Assembly: GCA_028824415.1 (NCBI GenBank)
Contig: JAPPDX010000070.1
Span: 16,719 to 80,718 of the forward strand
Source of the DNA: a bacterium
Lineage (GTDB): Bacteria; Actinomycetota; Acidimicrobiia; Acidimicrobiales; CATQHL01
Direction of reading: 5' to 3'
DNA: 64,000 bases
Of the stretch, positions 7,339 through 15,595 are shown in pieces. Both the position numbers and the translations under genes were made by a program. Numbering within the stretch: position 1 is the first letter of the stretch; each line of letters begins with the position of its first letter. Below the pieces are notes generated by a model, which saw only the letters and a program-made list of their open reading frames with translations, was not told where the DNA came from and made no database searches.

Positions 7339-7869
7339 ATGAACCAGAAGCAGGGCTCCGCAGAATCCGGCGACGTGGGTCGGGCCCGCGCCGAACCGCA
7401 GGACACGTCTTCGGGCAAGGACCGTCCGGCAACGCGGTGGTTGGTGTGGGTTGCCTTGGCGGCGGCCATTGTCGTGGCGGCTGTTTGCGCCACCGACGAC
7501 CCGGTGGCGCCCGAGCCGGTCGGGGCGCCGGGCGGCGGCGACCCGGGCGACTGCTACACCACCGAGGCCGACCAGCCGCAGCATCCGCGCGACACCAACC
7601 GTTACCTGGTGGCGCTCACCTCCGATGACGCCGATGCCGGCGCTCTGGACGAGTACGCGCACTGCCAGCACCTGCCGGCAACCAACCCGGAATCGGCTGA
7701 TCCCGACTGCTACAGCACCGGCGACGACAACGAATGGAACCTGCCCGGGGCGAACCTCTATGCGCTGGCGTTGCTCAAGGGCGGCGCTTCGGCGGGGGCG
7801 CTAGACAAGTACGCGAAGTGCGAGTTCATGCCTGCCGTGCTTGGCAGCGCCGGTGACGGAACGGAGTGA
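7339..7869 (+). CDS. membrane-anchored hypothetical protein with an internally duplicated Cys-containing motif
   Basis: ATG 7339 with a GGGAGGA SD 5 nt upstream. One TM helix (WLVWVALAAAIVVAAVCA). The motif AGALDEYAHCQHLPA recurs as AGALDKYAKCEFMPA. Confidence 0.45.
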   Translation: MNQKQGSAESGDVGRARAEPQDTSSGKDRPATRWLVWVALAAAIVVAAVCATDDPVAPEPVGAPGGGDPGDCYTTEADQPQHPRDTNRYLVALTSDDADAGALDEYAHCQHLPATNPESADPDCYSTGDDNEWNLPGANLYALALLKGGASAGALDKYAKCEFMPAVLGSAGDGTE

Positions 7870-7959
7870 GTGATGCGGCGGATGCACGTGGGGCTGCAGG
7901 TCGAGGTCTACGGCACCGCCCAGGTGCCCAGTCCGGCCGGGGCATGAGGCACTAGCGCT

Positions 7960-8787
7960 GTGGACAAGGTCGTGTTGATCACCGGGGCATCGTCGGGCAT
8001 CGGCCGTGAGGCGGCGATCCTGCTCGGCGAGCAGGGGCACACCGTCTACGCCGGCGCCCGCCGGGTGGACCGGCTGGCCGAGTTGGCCGACCTGGCCGAC
8101 GGTCGTATCACCGCCGTCGAGATGGACGTCACAAGCGACGGCGACAACGAGCGGGCCGTCGACCGGATCATCGAGAGCGAGGGCCGAATCGACGTCCTCA
8201 TCAACAACGCCGGCCGCGGCCTCTACGGACCCGTCGAGCAGGTCTCGCTCGACGACGCTCGCTACCAGTTCGAGGTGAACATCTTCGGTCTGGCGCAACT
8301 CACCCAACTCGTCCTGCCGCACATGCGGGCGGCGAGCTCGGGGCGGATCGTCAACATCTCCTCGATGGTCGGGCGGATCTACACGCCCATGGGGGCCTGG
8401 TACATCGCCACCAAGCACGCCCTGGAAGGCTGGTCGGACTGCCTCCGCTACGAGACCGCTCCCTTCGGCATCCAGGTGGTGCTCGTTCAGCCGGGCTCGA
8501 TCCATACCGAGTTCGCCTCCCTGACAGCGAACCAGTTGAACGAACTCCCCGCCGACAGCCCCTACCGGGCACACATCGACATGCTCCGCAAGCGGGTCAG
8601 CGACCCCGGCGCCGCCGATCGCCCGGTCGGGGCGCGGGAGGTCGCCGAGGTGTACGTCAAGGCCGCGACCACCCGTCGCCCCCGCCGTCGCTACGCCACC
8701 GGAGCGCGGGCGCGGCCATGGATGATGACCAGAAGGTTTCTCGGCGACCGGGCCTTCGAATACCTGCTGCACCGCAGCGTGCGGTGA
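7960..8787 (+). CDS. short-chain dehydrogenase/reductase (SDR), tandem paralog 1 of 5
   Basis: TGASSGIG, NNAG and S...YIATK (YxxxK); 275 aa. Confidence 0.9.
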   Translation: MDKVVLITGASSGIGREAAILLGEQGHTVYAGARRVDRLAELADLADGRITAVEMDVTSDGDNERAVDRIIESEGRIDVLINNAGRGLYGPVEQVSLDDARYQFEVNIFGLAQLTQLVLPHMRAASSGRIVNISSMVGRIYTPMGAWYIATKHALEGWSDCLRYETAPFGIQVVLVQPGSIHTEFASLTANQLNELPADSPYRAHIDMLRKRVSDPGAADRPVGAREVAEVYVKAATTRRPRRRYATGARARPWMMTRRFLGDRAFEYLLHRSVR

Positions 8788-8831
8788 CGGTGGTTCGGCG
8801 CCGGCGAGGGCACCGAAGAGAGGATCGCTCA

Positions 8832-9659
8832 ATGGTCAAGGTCATCCTGATCACCGGCGCATCGACGGGCATCGGGCGTGAGGCCGCGATCCTGCTCGGC
8901 AAGCAGGGGCACCGCGTCTACGCCGGCGCCCGCCGGCTGGAGCGCATGGCCGACCTGGCGGAGCGGGCCGGCGGTGGCGTCACCGCGGTCGAGATGGACG
9001 TCACCAAGGCCGGCGACAACGAACGGGTCGTCGAGCAGATCATCCGGAACGAGGGCCGGATCGACGTCCTCATCAACAACGCCGGCTTCGGCCTCTACGG
9101 GCCCATCGAGGACCTCTCGATCGACGATGCCCGCTACCAATTCGAGGTGAACCTCTTCGGCCTGGCGCAACTCACCCAACTGGTCCTGCCGCACATGCGG
9201 GCCCAGGGCTCGGGGCGCATCGTCAACGTCTCATCCATGGTCGGCAAGGTCTTCATGCCGCTGGCAGCCTGGTACGACGCCACCAAACACGCCCTCGAGG
9301 GCTGGTCGGACTGCCTGCGCCTCGAGACCGCACCCTTCGGCATCCAGGTGGTCCTCATCGAGCCGGGCGCCATCAAGACCGAGTTCGACGACGTGAGGAT
9401 GGCCCAGCTGGAGACGCTCCCCGCCGATTCGGCGTACCGCAGCCAGATCGACGCGTTCAAACTGCTCGTGGACGCCCCGCCGGACCTCGACCGCCAGACC
9501 CCGCCCGAAGTGGTCGCCCGGGTGTACGCCAAGGCCGCCACCGCCCGCCGGCCCCGGCGGCGCTACGTCACCGGCAAGTACGCACGGTCCTGGATGTTCG
9601 TCCGGAGGTGGCTCGGCGATGGGGCCTACGAACTGATCCTGCGCCGGGCCTACCGGTGA
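8832..9659 (+). CDS. SDR, tandem paralog 2 of 5
   Basis: Start moved to ATG 8832 (MVKVILITGASTGIG) by alignment with the paralogs. NNAG, YDATK. Confidence 0.9.
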   Translation: MVKVILITGASTGIGREAAILLGKQGHRVYAGARRLERMADLAERAGGGVTAVEMDVTKAGDNERVVEQIIRNEGRIDVLINNAGFGLYGPIEDLSIDDARYQFEVNLFGLAQLTQLVLPHMRAQGSGRIVNVSSMVGKVFMPLAAWYDATKHALEGWSDCLRLETAPFGIQVVLIEPGAIKTEFDDVRMAQLETLPADSAYRSQIDAFKLLVDAPPDLDRQTPPEVVARVYAKAATARRPRRRYVTGKYARSWMFVRRWLGDGAYELILRRAYR

Positions 9660-9779
9660 TGGCGATCCGGCGCCACCGAGCGCACCGGAGGCACCGGAAG
9701 GGGACTCCGGGGGTGTCGAGCGCACTGCTGGTACCGGGCGCATCGGCGTCACCGGGGGCGCTGGAAAGGGGCTAGCGCA

Positions 9780-10598
9780 ATGGGCAAGGTCGTGCTGATC
9801 ACCGGTGCGTCGGCAGGCATAGGACGTGAAGCGGCGATCCTGATGGCGAAGACGGGCCACACCGTGTACGCCGGGGCCCGGCGGGCCGACCGGCTGGCCG
9901 AGCTGGCGGAGCACGGCATCACCCCGGTGGAGATGGACGTCAGCGAGGGCGACGACAACGAGCGGGCCGTCGATCGGGTCATCGCCGCCGAGGGGCGGAT
10001 CGACGTCCTCATCAACAACGCCGGCTTCGGGCTGAACGGGCCCGTCGAGGACATCCCGATCGACGACGCCCGCTACCAGTTCGAAGTGAACCTCTTCGGC
10101 CTGGCGCAACTCACCCAACTCGTCCTGCCGCACATGCGCGCCCAAGGCTCAGGCCGCATCGTGAACGTCTCGTCGGTGGTCGGCAGGGTCTTCCTGCCCC
10201 TGGGGGCCTGGTACAACGCAACCAAGCACGCCCTGGAGGGGTGGTCGGACTGCCTGCGCTACGAGACCGCTCCGTTCGGCATCCAGGTCGTCGTCATCCA
10301 ACCGGGCGCCATCAGGACCGAGTTCGGCGACGTGGCCTGGACCGGGATGGAGAAACACGTCGACGACACCGCCTACGGGGCAGTGGTGGAGCCATTCCGC
10401 AGGCTGCGAGCCAACCCGCGCCTCAAGGGCCGCTCCACCGACGCCGCCGTGGTCGCCAAGGTGTACCTCATGGCCGCGACCGCCCGCCGGCCACGCCGCC
10501 GCTACGTCACGGGGGCGTTCGCCCGACCGGCGATGTTCCTCAGGAAATGGTTCGGCGACGGGGTCTACGAGTTCGCGTTGCGCCGAGTCGCCCGCTGA
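9780..10598 (+). CDS. SDR, tandem paralog 3 of 5
   Basis: TGASAGIG, NNAG, YNATK; 272 aa. Confidence 0.9.
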   Translation: MGKVVLITGASAGIGREAAILMAKTGHTVYAGARRADRLAELAEHGITPVEMDVSEGDDNERAVDRVIAAEGRIDVLINNAGFGLNGPVEDIPIDDARYQFEVNLFGLAQLTQLVLPHMRAQGSGRIVNVSSVVGRVFLPLGAWYNATKHALEGWSDCLRYETAPFGIQVVVIQPGAIRTEFGDVAWTGMEKHVDDTAYGAVVEPFRRLRANPRLKGRSTDAAVVAKVYLMAATARRPRRRYVTGAFARPAMFLRKWFGDGVYEFALRRVAR

Positions 10599-10629
10599 TT
10601 CATCTCCACACGACACGGGGAGTCACACC

Positions 10630-11448
10630 ATGAGCAAGGTCATCCTGATCACCGGTGCGTCGGCCGGCATCGGCCGTGAGGCGGCGATCCTGATGGCGCA
10701 GAAGGGCCACAAGGTGTACGCCGGCGCCCGGCGGATGGACCGCCTGGCCATGCTGGCCGACCACGGCGTCATCCCTGTGCAGATGGACGTCACCGCGGGC
10801 ACCGACAACGAGCGGGCCGTCAATCAGGTCATCGACACCGAGGGGCGGATCGACGTCCTCATCAACAACGCCGGCTTCGGCGTCTACGGGCCCGTCGAGG
10901 ATGTCCCCCTCGACGACGCCCGCTACCAGTTCGAGGTGAACCTCTTCGGCCTCGCCCACCTCACCCAGCTCGTGCTGCCGCACATGCGCGCCCAGGGCTC
11001 GGGACGCATCGTCAACGTCTCGTCGGTGGGCGGCAGAATCTTCATACCGCTGGGGGCCTGGTATCACGCCACCAAGCACGCCCTCGAGGGCTGGTCGGAC
11101 TGCCTGCGCTACGAGACCGCTCCCTTCGGCATCCAGGTCGTGATCATCCAACCGGGCGCCATCAAGACCGAGTTCGGCGACGTGGCCAACGTGGCGCTGG
11201 ACAGGTACGCCGTCGACACGGCCTATGGGGATCTGGTCGGTCTGTTCCTCAAGTTGCGGGACAACTCGCGCACCATGGACCGCGCAACCGACGCCTCGGT
11301 GCTCGCCAAGGTGTACCTCAAGGCCGCAACCGCCCGCCGGCCGCGCCGCCGCTACGTCAAGGGGGCGTTCGCCCGACCTGTCCTGTTCATCAGGAAATGG
11401 TTCGGCGACGGGGTGTACGAGTTCGCGCTGCGCGGCATCGTCCGCTGA
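10630..11448 (+). CDS. SDR, tandem paralog 4 of 5
   Basis: TGASAGIG, NNAG, YHATK; 272 aa. The leader cacacgacacggggagtcacacc is shared with paralog 5. Confidence 0.9.
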   Translation: MSKVILITGASAGIGREAAILMAQKGHKVYAGARRMDRLAMLADHGVIPVQMDVTAGTDNERAVNQVIDTEGRIDVLINNAGFGVYGPVEDVPLDDARYQFEVNLFGLAHLTQLVLPHMRAQGSGRIVNVSSVGGRIFIPLGAWYHATKHALEGWSDCLRYETAPFGIQVVIIQPGAIKTEFGDVANVALDRYAVDTAYGDLVGLFLKLRDNSRTMDRATDASVLAKVYLKAATARRPRRRYVKGAFARPVLFIRKWFGDGVYEFALRGIVR

Positions 11449-11536
11449 CCCATCTCCCTGACGTGTCGGGACGACCGCCTGCCGCGGGCTTCCCCGTCTG
11501 GCAGGATCACCCCCACACGACAAGGGGAGTCACACG

Positions 11537-12355
11537 ATGAGCAAGGTCATCCTGATCACCGGTGCGTCGGCGGGCTTGGGCCGTGAGGCGGCGATCCTGC
11601 TGGCGGAGCAGGGTCACACGGTGTACGCCGGCGCTCGCCGGGTGGATCGGCTGGTCGAATTGGCCGACCACGGCGTCACCGCGGTGGAAATGGACGTCAC
11701 GAAGGCCGCCGACAACGAGCGGGCCGTCAGCCGGATCCTCGACAACGAGGGGCGGATCGACGTCCTCATCAACAACGCCGGCTTCGGCCTCTACGGACCC
11801 GTCGAGGACATCCCGATCGACGAGGCTCGCTACCAGTTCGAGGTGAACCTGTTCGGCCTGGCCCACCTCACCCAGTTCGTCCTGCCGCACATGCGGGCGC
11901 AGGGCTCGGGTCGCATCGTCAACATCTCCTCGATGGTGGGCAAGGTCTTCACGCCGATGGGGGCCTGGTACGTCGCCACCAAGCACGCCCTGGAGGGCTG
12001 GTCGGACTGCCTGCGCCTCGAGGCCGCGCCGTTCGGCATCCAGGTCGTCCTCATCGAACCCGGTGCCATCCACACCGAGTTCGGCGACGTGATGGTGGCC
12101 CTCATGGAGAAGTTCCCCGACGCCAGCCCCTATCACTCTCAGATCGAATCGCTCAGCAGCCTGATGGCAGACCCGGGTGCCGTCGAGCACCGTACGCATG
12201 TGACGGCCGCCGCCAAGGTCTACGCCAAGGCCGCCACCACCCGCCGCCCACGCCGGCGCTACGTCACCGGAAAGCTGGCACGGCCCTGGATGTACACCCG
12301 GAAGTGGTTCGGCGACGCCGTCTACGAGTTCACCGTCTGCCGCGGACTCCTCTGA
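11537..12355 (+). CDS. SDR, tandem paralog 5 of 5
   Basis: TGASAGLG, NNAG, YVATK; 272 aa. The last 19 nt including the TGA form unit 1 of the downstream 32-bp repeat. Confidence 0.9.
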   Translation: MSKVILITGASAGLGREAAILLAEQGHTVYAGARRVDRLVELADHGVTAVEMDVTKAADNERAVSRILDNEGRIDVLINNAGFGLYGPVEDIPIDEARYQFEVNLFGLAHLTQFVLPHMRAQGSGRIVNISSMVGKVFTPMGAWYVATKHALEGWSDCLRLEAAPFGIQVVLIEPGAIHTEFGDVMVALMEKFPDASPYHSQIESLSSLMADPGAVEHRTHVTAAAKVYAKAATTRRPRRRYVTGKLARPWMYTRKWFGDAVYEFTVCRGLL

Positions 12356-12564
12356 CCGAGCTCGCCGCCTGCCGCGGACTCCGCTGACCGAGCTCGCCAC
12401 CTGCCGCGGACTCCGCTGACCGAGCTCGCCACCTGCCGCGGACTCCGCTGACCGAGCTCGCCACCTGCCGCGGACTCCGCTGACCGAGCTCGCCACCTGC
12501 CGCGGACTCCGCTGACCGAGCTCGCCACCTGCCGCGGACTCCGCTGACCGAGCTCGCCGCCTGT
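12337..12564. repeat. 32-bp perfect or near-perfect tandem repeat, 7 units plus a partial one (ctgccgcggactccgctgaccgagctcgccac)
   Basis: Unit starts hand-indexed at 12337, 12369, 12401, 12433, 12465, 12497 and 12529. Units 3-6 are identical. Every unit contains TGA. There are no spacers. Confidence 0.95.
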
Positions 12565-12707
12565 CTCGATTCGCCCGCGCGCGACCAGAGTCGCCGCCAC
12601 TCGGCAGCAACGTCGCCGCCCGATCCGCGTGCGCCAACTCTCCGGCAGATGGACGCGGTGCCGCCAACCGAGGCTCGGACCTGTGGCTGGAGGCGACCGC
12701 TCCTCCG

Positions 12708-13232
12708 TCACCTCGCCGGCGTCACCACCAACTCGCCGTCCGCCAACGTCAGGCGCACCACGGAGAGGATCGTGGGCTCGGCGACGAACGGCTCGTCGTC
12801 GGCCCGGATAAGTCTCGACACCTCGATCGTCGGGCCGCTCACCTCCACGCCCGTTACGGCGACGCGGTCACCAATGAACACGTTGCCGACGTCGCTGAAC
12901 CCGCCGTCGCCGTCGGCGAGGATGGCGTGGACCGTGTAGAAGAATCCCGTGCCGCCGGTGTTCGTGGCCAGAACAGCGACCCCGTCGAGCAGACCGTCGC
13001 CGTTGAGATCGCCGGAGGTCCCGGTGATGAACGTCGAGTCGACCATGGCCTCCTCGTCGAAGAACTCGCCGTTCTCGTCGAGGCGCACCTGCTCGTCGAT
13101 GAGGTCGCCGAGGCTGTACTCGACATCGGCGAACGCCAGCCGGAAGACCTGGTAGTCACAGGCAGTCGCTAGCACGGCCGAGAGTGCGCCCAGGAGCACG
13201 GCGAGCGACCGCAACGACCGGCGAGGCCTCAT
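12708..13232 (-). CDS. putative lipoprotein (hypothetical)
   Basis: ATG 13232. The signal MRPRRSLRSLAVLLGALSAVLATAC carries a lipobox. There is a DLNGDGLLDG Ca-binding/FG-GAP-like motif. The ORF-track N-terminal extension into the repeats was rejected. Confidence 0.6.
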   Translation of the reverse strand: MRPRRSLRSLAVLLGALSAVLATACDYQVFRLAFADVEYSLGDLIDEQVRLDENGEFFDEEAMVDSTFITGTSGDLNGDGLLDGVAVLATNTGGTGFFYTVHAILADGDGGFSDVGNVFIGDRVAVTGVEVSGPTIEVSRLIRADDEPFVAEPTILSVVRLTLADGELVVTPAR

Positions 13233-13340
13233 GACTGAAGGGTACCGACCGGCATCTCTGGGTCCGGCAATCCGCACGGCCAAATACCGCCACGCCCAAC
13301 GCCATCGCCCGCCAGATCCGGCCACCTCACCCCGCCGACA

Positions 13341-13440
13341 CGACCGTGTCGCTACTGAACTCGACCGTGTCGCTACTGAACTCAACCGTGTCCCCCTGAA
13401 CTCGACCGTGTCACTCCTGAACTCGACCGTGTCACTCGCC
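13341..13440. repeat. 21-bp tandem repeat, ~4.8 units (cgaccgtgtcgctactgaact)
   Basis: Units at 13341, 13362, 13383 (20 bp, degenerate), 13403 and 13424 (partial). Confidence 0.9.
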
Positions 13441-13460
13441 GACCCGGCCACCTCCCCCAC

Positions 13461-13546
13461 CAACCCGGCCGCGACACCCCGGCGAACCGACCTCCTCCCC
13501 CGCCAACCGGGCCGCGACACGCCGGCGAACCGACCTCCTCCCCCGC
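13461..13546. repeat. 43-bp tandem repeat x2 (caacccggccgcgacaccccggcgaaccgacctcctcccccgc)
   Basis: Units 13461-13503 and 13504-13546 differ at 2-3 positions. A partial third unit follows. Confidence 0.85.
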
Positions 13547-13576
13547 CAACCATTCCGCCCCGCCAACCCCGACGGC

Positions 13577-13603
13577 GTCATTCCGGCGAAGGCCGGAATC
13601 CAG
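13577..13603. repeat. REP-like palindromic element (gtcattccggc-gaag-gccggaatccag)
   Basis: 8-bp stem ATTCCGGC/GCCGGAAT with a 4-nt loop. Same core as the elements at 21045, 21125, 29588, 35064, 35168 and 52039. Confidence 0.85.
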
Positions 13604-13669
13604 ATCGCCTTTGCGATTGTCGGGACTTCTGGTGGCTGGTGGCTTATCAAATATTTTCAGATATGAACA

Positions 13670-13683
13670 CGAACAATCGTTGC
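13670..13683. promoter_or_regulatory. possible LexA/SOS-box-like site (cGAACaatcGTTgc) upstream of the DUF222-HNH gene
   Basis: It matches the actinobacterial GAAC-N4-GTTC core with one mismatch. It lies in a locally AT-richer stretch ~135 nt upstream of ATG 13818. Confidence 0.25.
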
Positions 13684-13817
13684 GACTGTCACACGAGTCG
13701 CATAGAGTACGGGTACCGGTCAATGACCCCTGATGCGACGGGGGTCGCTTCCCCAACCGGCTTGTCGGCCCGGCCGACCCGAGTCCGACAGCGATGCGTT
13801 CCCTGGGGGAGCCACCG

Positions 13818-15296
13818 ATGACCGAGTTGAGCCTCTTCTCCGACCAGACCCCACCGGCCACAGAGGTCGGCGATGCCCCACGGCTTGCGGTCTATGAGGG
13901 CACCACAGCGGACACCACCTGTCGGTCGGATCGGCGGGTAGCGCCGACCCCGACCACCTCCCCCGCCGACGAGTCCGACCGTGACGAACCCACCTCCCGG
14001 GCTCTCCCCGACCAGCCGGAGGCGCCGGCGCCGCCCACCACCTCCGCCGCCGGCGAATCGGTCCGCAGCGGCTTGTCCTCGGAGCGGTTGTTGGGGCTGT
14101 TGGATGCGCTGGTTGGTGGTCTGGACGGGTTGGTTGGTGGGCGCCTGGAGGAGTGCCTGCGCCTCCTCGGGCGGTGTGAGGCACGGTTGGCGGCGGTGAA
14201 GGCCGACAAGGTCGCCGAACTGGCGCGGTGGCGGGGCGAGGCGCACGCCGCGGCGGTTCTACGGGACGATTTGAAGCAGTCCCGCGGCGGCGCCCGCCGG
14301 GAGGTGCAGTTCGCCGGGCGGCTCGGCGACCTCCCCGGCACGGCCGAGGCGTTGGCGGACGGTTCGATCACGCCCCAGCACGCCCGGGCGATCGCCGACG
14401 CCTCCGCGCACACGCCGATCGACGAGGACGAACTGCTGGACGCCGCGGGAGCCGAACCCGCCGACGTCTTCGCCCGCACCATCCGCGATCACATCAACGA
14501 GCGCACCGCGGCAGAAGATCTCGAGGAGCGTCGGCGGCGTCAGCGGTCCCGGCGGGAGGCGAACATCAACCAGGAGTCCGACGGCATGTACAAGCTGTTC
14601 GGCACCTTCGACCCCGTGTCAGGCGCCCGCGTCGAGACGGCGCTGGCGGCGATGGCGAACCAACTCTGGCACAACGAGGATCCCAAGAACCGCGCCACGC
14701 CCGCCCAGCGGTACGCGGACGCGCTCGAAGCGCTCATCACCCGTCAAGACACCGGCAGCAACGGTAAGGCGCAGCGCACCACCCTCGTGGTCGTTGCCGA
14801 CTACGACCTGGTCGGCGGCCAACTGGACAACGCCCGGCTGGTCGACGGCACCCCCCTGGCGCCTGGCGAACTCCTGAAGATCGCCCTCGAGGCCGACATC
14901 CTGCCCGCCCTGTTCGACACCAAGGGCCAACCCCTGTGGCTGGGCCACAAGACCCGCACCGCGAGCGTCGCCCAACGGGTCGCCCTGGCGATCCGCGACC
15001 GGGGCTGCGTCATCTGCGGCGCCGCCAACAGCTACTGCCAGGCCCACCACGTCCTCCACTGGGCCGACGGCGGCCCCACCGACATCGACAACCTCTGCCT
15101 GCTGTGCAGCGACTGCCACCACAAACAGATCCACGAACTCGGTGCACAACTCGTCCGCGCCCCAGACGGCAAGCTCAGCCTCGAACTCCCGTCCAACCGA
15201 CCACCCGCCCCGAAACGCCGCAGGCGTCCCCCGCGCCACCCCGACGAGTCCAACAGCCGTCGACCGGCCACTGCAAACCAACCCCTCCGCTGCTGA
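13818..15296 (+). CDS. DUF222 domain HNH endonuclease (REP13E12-like family)
   Basis: CVICGAANSYCQAHHVLHWADGGPTDIDNLCLLCSDCHHKQIHE is an HNH motif. The upstream helical DUF222-like region is typical of the actinobacterial family. Start at ATG 13818 (GGGGGAG SD); ATG 13794 is also possible. Confidence 0.85.
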   Translation: MTELSLFSDQTPPATEVGDAPRLAVYEGTTADTTCRSDRRVAPTPTTSPADESDRDEPTSRALPDQPEAPAPPTTSAAGESVRSGLSSERLLGLLDALVGGLDGLVGGRLEECLRLLGRCEARLAAVKADKVAELARWRGEAHAAAVLRDDLKQSRGGARREVQFAGRLGDLPGTAEALADGSITPQHARAIADASAHTPIDEDELLDAAGAEPADVFARTIRDHINERTAAEDLEERRRRQRSRREANINQESDGMYKLFGTFDPVSGARVETALAAMANQLWHNEDPKNRATPAQRYADALEALITRQDTGSNGKAQRTTLVVVADYDLVGGQLDNARLVDGTPLAPGELLKIALEADILPALFDTKGQPLWLGHKTRTASVAQRVALAIRDRGCVICGAANSYCQAHHVLHWADGGPTDIDNLCLLCSDCHHKQIHELGAQLVRAPDGKLSLELPSNRPPAPKRRRRPPRHPDESNSRRPATANQPLRC

Positions 15297-15368
15297 GGAC
15301 CAAGTGGCGGACGCCGCAGCCAATCAGTTCGGCTGCCAACGACGGCTCTGCGATGCCATGATGCTTCT

Positions 15369-15590
15369 GTGCGCGTCACCGTGAACCTGGATGCCGATGT
15401 GTTGGCAGGCGCCCGCTCGCTCGCACAGCAGCGGGGCATCTCGCTCGGTACTGCACTATCGGACTTGGCGCGACTTGGACTGGGAGCGCCGTCCACGGGC
15501 ACCGGGCGGAGGATTTCAGGCTTCGCCGTCAGCCCCGACAGTCAGCAGATCACCCCAGAGATAGTCCGAGCCGCTAACGGGGACTGCTGA
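15369..15590 (+). CDS. VapB/DUF2191-like ribbon-helix-helix antitoxin, no adjacent toxin
   Basis: MRVTVNLDADVLAGARSLAQQRGISLGTALSDLARLGL ... ITPEIVRAANGD is the classic VapB-type antitoxin pattern. The next gene (PhzF-like) starts 5 nt after its stop. Confidence 0.65.
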   Translation: MRVTVNLDADVLAGARSLAQQRGISLGTALSDLARLGLGAPSTGTGRRISGFAVSPDSQQITPEIVRAANGDC

Positions 15591-15595
15591 TCGCT

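Noticed and set aside
7143-7493. Minus-strand 116-aa ORF ending ...KTRQALIERYARKILDGKGLRDR
   Set aside because: The C-terminal 35 aa look protein-like, but I could not assign a family. There is no clear start or SD, and the ORF overlaps the better-supported plus-strand membrane protein. It is left uncalled. A short gene at about 7143-7260 cannot be excluded.
5338-7671. Long minus-strand ORFs 5338-6429 and 6520-7671
   Set aside because: They are antisense shadows of the sulfite-oxidase-like and DUF1801 genes, as is typical for ~70% G+C DNA. The composition is Arg/Gly/Pro-rich with no recognisable motifs.
12337-12564. The 32-bp repeat array as a CRISPR locus
   Set aside because: The units are contiguous with no spacers, unit 1 is the end of a CDS, and there are no cas genes nearby.
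7801-12667. A chain of 300-390-aa minus-strand ORFs opposite the five SDR genes
   Set aside because: The plus-strand products carry complete SDR motifs. The minus-strand translations are repetitive because they mirror the paralogs, and they are low-complexity.
13233-13553. N-terminal extension of the lipoprotein ORF (ORF track 12708-13553)
   Set aside because: The extension is the translation of the 21-bp and 43-bp tandem repeats. An internal ATG at 13232 gives a canonical lipoprotein signal peptide.
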